Shown here: one piece after another, positions 57,759 to 64,000 of the stretch
Position numbering within the stretch: the stretch's first letter is position 1
Layout of the letters: each line of letters starts with the position of its first letter
NCBI GenBank assembly: GCA_965205335.1
Contig: OZ242164.1
Span: forward strand, 480,001 to 544,000
Length of the DNA: 64,000 bases
Source: Candidatus Woesearchaeota archaeon
GTDB taxonomy: Archaea > Nanobdellota > Nanobdellia > Woesearchaeales > UBA583
Direction of reading: 5' to 3'
Made by a program: the position numbers and the translations under genes
Notes under the pieces: model-generated
What the model was told of the DNA's origin: nothing
Seen by the model: the letters and a program-made list of their open reading frames with translations, nothing else
The model's database searches: none

Positions 57759-58889
57759 ATGGCTAAAACTAAAAACTCAAAGAAAAAAAATAGTGAACAT
57801 ATAAAAAAGAAAAAAAAGACTGCAACTCACAAAGAAACAAAAAAACAAAATCCAACATGGAAACCAATTGCAATTATTCTAACAATTCTTGTAATAGTTC
57901 TTGCTATTGCAATAGTGTATGTACTCATTAACCAAAAAATTTCAGAAGACAAATTAAGATATAAAAATGAAACAGACTCCCAAATTCCAGATGAGAAAAG
58001 TGCAATTGAGTTAGTTATTATTGAAGATTCATCATGTGATAAATGCAATGTGGACTCAACCATAGAACCACTTAAAAAAGCAATGCCAGAGTTAGAAGTT
58101 TCAAGATATGAATTTAATTCAGAAAAAGGATTAGAAGTTATAAAAAAAACTGGCTTAAATTTTGTCCCTATATATATGTTTTCAAGAAACATAAACGAAA
58201 AAGATAACTGGGAAGAGATTCAAAGTTCACTTATTTATATTGGAGGAGAATATTACCTTGTAAACCCTAATTTAGTTGGTGGAGAGAGAAAATTAATTAA
58301 TGATATTGAAATAACGCAAACAGCAATTACATTAGGTAACCCCAACGCCAATGTTACAATATATGAATTCTCAGATTACGAATGCATTTTCTGTGCTCTT
58401 TCTGAGGGAAATGAAAGATTAAACGAACTATATAAAACATTAAACCCAGATTATGAATCTCCAGTTCCAAACATATTCAAAGATTATATACAAACAGGAA
58501 AAGCAAAATTTGTATTCTACAATTTCCCAATAGAACAACTCCACCCACAATCCATTATTCCCCATATGGCATCTCTATGTGCTAATGAACAAAACAAGTG
58601 GAAAGACTTTAACAACAAATTATTTGAAATGCATTTTGATTGGATTAACTCATCAAATAAAACAAGTAAACTTCAAAAGTATGCATCAGATATGGGACTT
58701 GATACAGAGCAGTTCAATTCATGCCTTGAAAACAAAAAATACATAAGACAAATTAAAGAAGAAGTTGAGTTAGGAATAACATATAGTGTTCGCGCAACCC
58801 CAAGTTTTTTTGTGAACAGAAATTTCATAATGGGGAATACTTCATATAAAGAATTTAAAGAAATAATTGAAAAAGAACTTGCAAAATAA
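57759..58889 (+). CDS. Membrane-anchored DsbA-like protein with two thioredoxin-fold domains
   Basis: TM helix, CDKC, EFSDYECIFC, ATPSFFVN. Confidence 0.88.
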   Translation: MAKTKNSKKKNSEHIKKKKKTATHKETKKQNPTWKPIAIILTILVIVLAIAIVYVLINQKISEDKLRYKNETDSQIPDEKSAIELVIIEDSSCDKCNVDSTIEPLKKAMPELEVSRYEFNSEKGLEVIKKTGLNFVPIYMFSRNINEKDNWEEIQSSLIYIGGEYYLVNPNLVGGERKLINDIEITQTAITLGNPNANVTIYEFSDYECIFCALSEGNERLNELYKTLNPDYESPVPNIFKDYIQTGKAKFVFYNFPIEQLHPQSIIPHMASLCANEQNKWKDFNNKLFEMHFDWINSSNKTSKLQKYASDMGLDTEQFNSCLENKKYIRQIKEEVELGITYSVRATPSFFVNRNFIMGNTSYKEFKEIIEKELAK

Positions 58890-58890
58890 A

Positions 58891-59334
58891 ATGAATTTTA
58901 TAATTATATACTTTACATCATACATCCTAACTCTGTGTGGATATCTTTTAGGCAGAGCAACAAAAGAAGAACACAAAGAAATAAAAAAATATGTTAATTA
59001 TGCAATTGAAATTATAATTGTAGTAACATACATTTCATTATTTTATGTGTTCAGAGATAATTTATTATACATATTCATACTATGTGCCCTTGCAATCCTA
59101 AAACTGGTTTCAGCATTTTATAAAAAATATTTAAATAATATTCATAACATTGGATTATTTGCAGTAACTCTAATACTTTGTTATACAAATTCTTACCTTG
59201 ATGAAATTTACTTAACCCTTCTTCCAATGCTTGTATTAATACTTGAAAACTCATTTCATAAATTCAAAATAAAAAAAGAAATTCACAAAGTGATAATTGC
59301 TACAATATTTCTAATACTGCTCTACACAATGTAA
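58891..59334 (+). CDS. Hypothetical membrane protein
   Basis: Multiple hydrophobic segments. Confidence 0.7.
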   Translation: MNFIIIYFTSYILTLCGYLLGRATKEEHKEIKKYVNYAIEIIIVVTYISLFYVFRDNLLYIFILCALAILKLVSAFYKKYLNNIHNIGLFAVTLILCYTNSYLDEIYLTLLPMLVLILENSFHKFKIKKEIHKVIIATIFLILLYTM

Positions 59335-59389
59335 TCTTGACTATATAAAAATAACAAACATTTAATAAAAGAATAAATCACAAAATCTT

Positions 59390-60070
59390 ATGGGAAAACT
59401 TGTTTTAGTAAGACATGGAGAATCAATTTGGAATATGCAAAACCGTTTTACTGGTTGGATTGATGTATCACTCTCAAAAAAAGGATTGCATGAAGCAAGA
59501 AAAGCAGGAACTCTATTAAAGAATATGAAATTTGATATTGCATTTTCATCAAACTTGCTAAGAGCACAGGAAACATTATTTCAAATCTTAAACAGAAACA
59601 ATTTTTGCAATGGATACATTCATGTTCATGAGAACGAGAAAGAATGGTATTCACACTACAAAAGCACAAAAGAAGATGCCTCAAATTTAAGAGTTTATAC
59701 AGACGAAGCCCTAAACGAAAGATACTATGGAGACTTGCAGGGCTTAAACAAAGAAGAAGTTAAAAAGAAATTTGGAGAAAAAGTAATTCATAAATGGAGA
59801 AGATCATTCAGAACTCCTCCACCAAAAGGAAACTCTCTTAAAGCAACGTATGATATGTCAATTCCTTACTTCAAAAAATACATAGAACCATATCTTAAAA
59901 AAAACATAAATATAATTATTTCTGCGCATGGAAATTCTCTTAGAGCAATCATAAAATACATTGAAAAAATACCTGATGACAAAATCTCCCTAGTAGAAAT
60001 TGAAACAGGAATACCATACATCTACGACTGCAATACAAAAGGAAAAATCAAAAAAAAGATTTTTTCATAA
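59390..60070 (+). CDS. gpmA: 2,3-bisphosphoglycerate-dependent phosphoglycerate mutase
   Basis: LVRHGES.WN..NRFTGW.D, LNERYYG.LQG, AHGNSLR. Confidence 0.96.
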   Translation: MGKLVLVRHGESIWNMQNRFTGWIDVSLSKKGLHEARKAGTLLKNMKFDIAFSSNLLRAQETLFQILNRNNFCNGYIHVHENEKEWYSHYKSTKEDASNLRVYTDEALNERYYGDLQGLNKEEVKKKFGEKVIHKWRRSFRTPPPKGNSLKATYDMSIPYFKKYIEPYLKKNINIIISAHGNSLRAIIKYIEKIPDDKISLVEIETGIPYIYDCNTKGKIKKKIFS

Positions 60071-60086
60071 ACTAAACATTACCATT

Positions 60087-61337
60087 TTAAATCCCTTCCT
60101 TTCTTAAATATTCAACAAGAACTGCTTTCTTCTTAGTTCTCTTAATAACTCGAAAAGTTCCTTCTTTAATTTCAACTTTATCATTAATATTTGCAACCCT
60201 GTGAAGCCGCGAAGTTAAAAACCCATTCAAAGTAGAACAATTAGTAGTTCTTCTAATATTCAAACCCAATGCTTCATTTAAATCCTTCAAATCAACACTT
60301 GCATTAATCTGAAACTTAGAATCTCCCATCTCTTTTATATCATCCTGAGAATCTGAATCAAACTCATCCTCAATATCCCCCATTATCTCCTCAATAATAT
60401 CTTCTAATGTAACAATTCCAACAAAATCCCCATGCTCATTAACAACTACTGCCATATGAATTCTGCTTTTCTTCAGTTTAACCTCAAGGGTTGAAATCTT
60501 CATTATCTGAGGAGAGAAAATAACAGGTCTTATAATCTTGCTGACTTTAAAGTCATCATGGGGTCCCAAAAATCTAAACAAATCCTTTACATTAACTAAA
60601 CCAATCACCTCATCTTTGCTTAAAACGGGAAATCTTGTAAACCCCGTCTTATATGCAAGCTGGGCAATCTCCTTATACGTTGAATCATCCTTTACGCTCA
60701 CCACTTTATTTTTTGGAATCATTATATGGGACGCCTCTATGTCATTCATATCAAAAACATTTCCAATTCTCTCACTTTCCGATTCATCAATACTTCCTTC
60801 CTGTTTTCCTAATATTGCCATCTCCCTGATTACTCCTTCAGAAACATGATTTGAGTCCTCAGATGATTTAAAGAACAAATTAACCAACTTGTTTAAAGTC
60901 CATAATAAAGGAAATAAAATCTTTGTAAGAATTATTAATGGCAAGGATATATGCAGAGAGATTTTTTTATTGAATCTTTCACCGTATAATTTTGGAATAA
61001 TCTCTGAAAACAAAATAATAAGAAAAGTAAGAACTGCGCTTACAACTCCAACAATATAACTTCCAAATATCTTAGAAGCCAAAAGCCCAATAAATATTGA
61101 ACCAATAATATTTACAACATTATTTAAAACAACAATTGTTGTTATATATTCTTGCAAATTAGATTTTATCTCAAGTAATCTTTTAACTCTGATTTTATCT
61201 CTTTTAGTATGTGCACTGCTTAATAATTCCTTTGCATGAGGATATGAAACTGATAAAATAGCAGCCTCACTTCCTGAAATCAATCCACTAAGAATTATCA
61301 CAACAAGACATAAGATAATGAAAATTAAAATATCCAT
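60087..61337 (-). CDS. CNNM/DUF21-CBS-CorC (hemolysin-family) membrane protein
   Basis: SGSEAA, SEIIPK, FTRFPV, GIVTLEDIIEEI.G.I.DE. Confidence 0.92.
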   Translation of the reverse strand: MDILIFIILCLVVIILSGLISGSEAAILSVSYPHAKELLSSAHTKRDKIRVKRLLEIKSNLQEYITTIVVLNNVVNIIGSIFIGLLASKIFGSYIVGVVSAVLTFLIILFSEIIPKLYGERFNKKISLHISLPLIILTKILFPLLWTLNKLVNLFFKSSEDSNHVSEGVIREMAILGKQEGSIDESESERIGNVFDMNDIEASHIMIPKNKVVSVKDDSTYKEIAQLAYKTGFTRFPVLSKDEVIGLVNVKDLFRFLGPHDDFKVSKIIRPVIFSPQIMKISTLEVKLKKSRIHMAVVVNEHGDFVGIVTLEDIIEEIMGDIEDEFDSDSQDDIKEMGDSKFQINASVDLKDLNEALGLNIRRTTNCSTLNGFLTSRLHRVANINDKVEIKEGTFRVIKRTKKKAVLVEYLRKEGI

Positions 61338-61409
61338 CTAGTTAGAATATCACCTTGTATTTTTTCTACTCAATAGGTCTTTTTAAACTTTATGAATAAA
61401 AATAAAATG

Positions 61410-62393
61410 TGTATTGTCCGCAAAAAATTTCCCACTTTGGAAATTGAGTCTTTTATGAAACTAAATGCTTTGGACATTGAAAAGATAATTAAGCGTAAGA
61501 ATAAAGGTGTTTCATCTGTTTTTATTGCTAAGCAGTTCAATATTAGTAAAAGAAGAGTTAATCAACTTTTCTTAGAATTTAAGAAAACAGGGTTACTTCC
61601 TATTTTGCAGAAGAATGGCATGAAACCAAAAAGAGTCTATCCTAGAAGTTTAGAAAGAAGAATTCTTTCTTTGCATTCAAAACTAGGGTTTGGAGCAAAT
61701 TACATTTGTCAATATCTGCGTAAGAAAGAAAACTTTAAAATTGCAAATAACTATGTTCATATTGTGTTACTTGCAAATAATAAAGCAACTGCCAATCCTA
61801 AAAAGCAAAAGAGAAGAAAGCCATGGATTCGTTATGAAAAACCATGGTCTTTAGATATGGTTCATATGGATTGGCACTATAATTCACATTTGCAAATGTG
61901 GATGTGTGCGGTCTTAGATGATAAATCAAGGAAAATCCTTTGTGGAGGCGAGTTCAAAAAACAAGAAGCAAAACACAATATTGGGTTGATCAAACAAGCT
62001 TACAAAACGTATTTGCATATAAGACCAATTGATATTTGTTTGACTGATAGAGGCAGTCAGTTTTATGCAAATAAGCAAGAGGGTAAACAGCAGGGCATAT
62101 CTGAGTTCCAAAGAGTCCTTGCCAGGTTAGGAATTACACATTCAAAATGTAGATATAAACACCCTCAAACCAATGGTAAGTTTGAGAAGTGGAATCATAC
62201 CTATGAACTTCATAGACAGAAATTCAATACATTTAATGAATTTATGGACAGGTATAATCATAGACCGCATGGTAGCTTGGATTTTGATACGCCTGAACAA
62301 GTGTTCTGGCGTGAATTAATGCCATGGACATTAGGTAGTTTTATAAAAATGATTGGAGATAATAAAAGTGGGAAAAAGAATTAGGACAACACA
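61410..62393 (+). mobile_element. Second IS481-family element (different subgroup)
   Basis: Bipartite IR TGT(A/G)TTGTCC-N8-TTTCCCACTTT at both ends. Confidence 0.88.
61455..62384 (+). CDS. IS481-family transposase
   Basis: HMDW, LDDKSR, TDRGSQF, HPQTNGKFEK, YN.RPHGSL. Confidence 0.93.
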   Translation: MKLNALDIEKIIKRKNKGVSSVFIAKQFNISKRRVNQLFLEFKKTGLLPILQKNGMKPKRVYPRSLERRILSLHSKLGFGANYICQYLRKKENFKIANNYVHIVLLANNKATANPKKQKRRKPWIRYEKPWSLDMVHMDWHYNSHLQMWMCAVLDDKSRKILCGGEFKKQEAKHNIGLIKQAYKTYLHIRPIDICLTDRGSQFYANKQEGKQQGISEFQRVLARLGITHSKCRYKHPQTNGKFEKWNHTYELHRQKFNTFNEFMDRYNHRPHGSLDFDTPEQVFWRELMPWTLGSFIKMIGDNKSGKKN

Positions 62394-62406
62394 ATTATTG
62401 CGTGGC

Positions 62407-62624
62407 TGTGTAGTCAGGTGACATATGTCACCAGTCTAAAAGTTAACAAGCCTTGTTGAATTTATGAAAAAAGACAAAGTTATTGCAACAACAATCTAGG
62501 GTTATTTAGGTATAGATATAATGTTTTTAGACCTTATGAGAGCTTATTTAGTCAGACTCCTTCTTATGAGTTTGGCAACTTTCAGAGAAAGTTGAGGTGG
62601 TGACATATGTCATAATACTACACA
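62407..62624 (+). mobile_element. Internally deleted, non-autonomous derivative (copy C) of the A/B IS481 element, 218 bp
   Basis: Both ends retained; MKKDKV start fused directly to the 3' end of the transposase gene. Confidence 0.9.
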
Positions 62625-62699
62625 CTATTATATTACCAATCCAGCATACCTTTAATTCTTATTCTTTTTCTTGTGAGTTATAATATCATCATATATAAA

Positions 62700-62890
62700 A
62701 AAGTCTTGTCATATTTGGTCTGAGAGGGTGTGTTTTGTGGTGTGTGCTCACGTTCTAGTATTAGTATTTGACATTTAGAGTACGAATACTTACATTTTAA
62801 CTTTATGAATTCACGGCGTAAATGTTCTTTTTTCATAAAAATTAGAAAAATTCTAATTTTATATGGTAGCATATGCTACTTTACTGCACA
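62700..62890 (-). mobile_element. Left-end remnant (D) of a related IS481 element
   Basis: End TGTGCA-N6-TAGCATATGCTACCA; ATG at 62836 encodes MKKEHLRREFIKLKCKYSYSKC, similar to MKKDKVRKVFIKLRVKQNSYSKC; inner boundary approximate. Confidence 0.8.
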
Positions 62891-62921
62891 TGAATAAAAA
62901 TAAAATATCATCAAACTTCTC

Positions 62922-63863
62922 TTATTTCTTCTTCACTAATTCCTTTAACTCACATGTATTGCAAATCTTCTTTTGCGAAGGTTCTTTGCATCTCTCACAA
63001 AAAGTTACAGTATCTCCAAAATCATCTAAATATTTCTGTGACAGAACATCTTTTGTTTCAAGATAAAAATTAACAATTGAATTCTTAACCCCTTTATGCT
63101 TATCCTCTAAATGATTCAATATTTCCGATAACTCTTCTCTAAATGAACCTTTCGAATTAGGACACTGACAATACTTAATATCAAACCCTTTAAGAATTGT
63201 ATATAATCTAACCTCTTTCTCAGTGCATAAATAAAGCGGTTTAACTCTTGGAATAAATTTATCATTTGAAACAACGCCATTATTTGGTCCTAACCTTGCT
63301 AAAATCTTAAAATTATTCTTGAAAATATTGAGCAGAATGCTCTGAGCTTCATCATCTGTATTATGTCCTGTGACAAGTTTTGTAGCACCTAATTTTCTTG
63401 CCCCAACATTTAAAGCATTTCGCCTAAAAGTCCCGCATATATTACAAGGAGATACATTTGAATTATTACTTTTCAGAACTGCAACAGACTCATCCAATGT
63501 TTTTCCGAAAATCTCTTTATATGAATTAATATGCAATTCAATGCCTAAATCTCCGCAGAACTTTTTTGCAAATTCCAATGTGTGTTCACGGTAATTTGCT
63601 ATCCCCTCATCAATTGCAAGAGCAATAACATTTTTCTCTAAATTCTTTCTTTTAAGATACTTGTACGTCAGATACAAAACTGCAATTGAATCCTTTCCTC
63701 CTGAAACCGCAACAACTAATTTATCATCTAACTCAAACAAATTAAACTTTCTAATTGTCTTGAAAACTTTATCCTCAAAATACTTAATAAAATCTAATCT
63801 TGTAAGTCTTCTCCCATTAAGAAGTTCATAAACATAAACAGGTTTGGTCTCTTTCTTATCCAT
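62922..63863 (-). CDS. ttuA: tRNA 2-thiolation protein, TtuA/Ncs6 family
   Basis: SGGKDS PP-loop, CNICGTFRR, TGHN.DD, PRVKPL, terminal CxxC...CxxC. Confidence 0.9.
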   Translation of the reverse strand: MDKKETKPVYVYELLNGRRLTRLDFIKYFEDKVFKTIRKFNLFELDDKLVVAVSGGKDSIAVLYLTYKYLKRKNLEKNVIALAIDEGIANYREHTLEFAKKFCGDLGIELHINSYKEIFGKTLDESVAVLKSNNSNVSPCNICGTFRRNALNVGARKLGATKLVTGHNTDDEAQSILLNIFKNNFKILARLGPNNGVVSNDKFIPRVKPLYLCTEKEVRLYTILKGFDIKYCQCPNSKGSFREELSEILNHLEDKHKGVKNSIVNFYLETKDVLSQKYLDDFGDTVTFCERCKEPSQKKICNTCELKELVKKK

Positions 63864-63935
63864 ACATACAAAATAATAAGTATGGATTTAAAAAGAGTTT
63901 GTATTAACTAATATCAAAGTTATAAACGTTAAGAG

Positions 63936-64000
63936 TCATACACTATAGTTCTTCATTTCTTCAATCTTAGTTATAATTTCTTTTCTTAGTGGAACTAAAA
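63936..64000 (-). CDS. Possible 3' end of a CDS running in from the window edge
   Basis: Open frame ...LVPLRKEIITKIEEMKNYSV*. Confidence 0.35.
   Translation of the reverse strand, partial: LVPLRKEIITKIEEMKNYSV

Larger units (their letters stand above)
61393..62905. repeat. 15-bp direct repeat TGAATAAAAATAAAA (61393-61407 and 62891-62905) flanking the IS cluster; probable TSD
   Basis: Exact match; abuts TGTG at left and CACA at right. Confidence 0.7.

Noticed and set aside
62625-62660. Copy C right end as another 20-nt TATA-targeted site
   Set aside because: The nearest TTTA is 26 nt away and no gene follows; recorded as an exception

Overview
AT-rich archaeal chromosome segment, most consistent with a DPANN archaeon (Woesearchaeota-like). 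It carries archaeal information genes (ribosomal proteins, proteasome beta, TBP, EF-1beta, eIF6, aCPSF1, LeuRS, TtuA, part of the A-type ATP synthase, FtsZ) mixed with bacterial-type genes (uvrB, mutS, grpE, class I gap, gpmA, ilvA, malic enzyme, nrdR-nrdJ). It also has one tRNA-His and several small ORFs missing from the ORF track (rpl41e, rpl39e, RHH, two zinc fingers). The mobilome comprises four ~128-bp IS1595-like MITEs with 8-bp target duplications, two full inverted copies of one IS481 element, a deleted derivative, a related remnant and a second IS481 type. The most striking observation is that insertions sit at fixed distances upstream of TATA boxes. All four MITEs end exactly 14 nt upstream of a TTTA box (TTTATAAA in three), and IS481 right ends lie exactly 20 nt upstream of one (two observed directly, a third inferred). 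This suggests promoter-guided, possibly TBP/TFB-guided, transposition. Other notable features are paired changes in both MITE inverted repeats, a strand-skew flip bounded by the inverted IS481 pair, L7Ae with a ~430-aa acidic repeat tail, a long hairpin leader on the L30e-S12-S7 operon, tandem NrdR boxes on a TATA promoter, and paralogous surface proteins with a shared anchor but different passengers. All calls are by eye; no searches were run.
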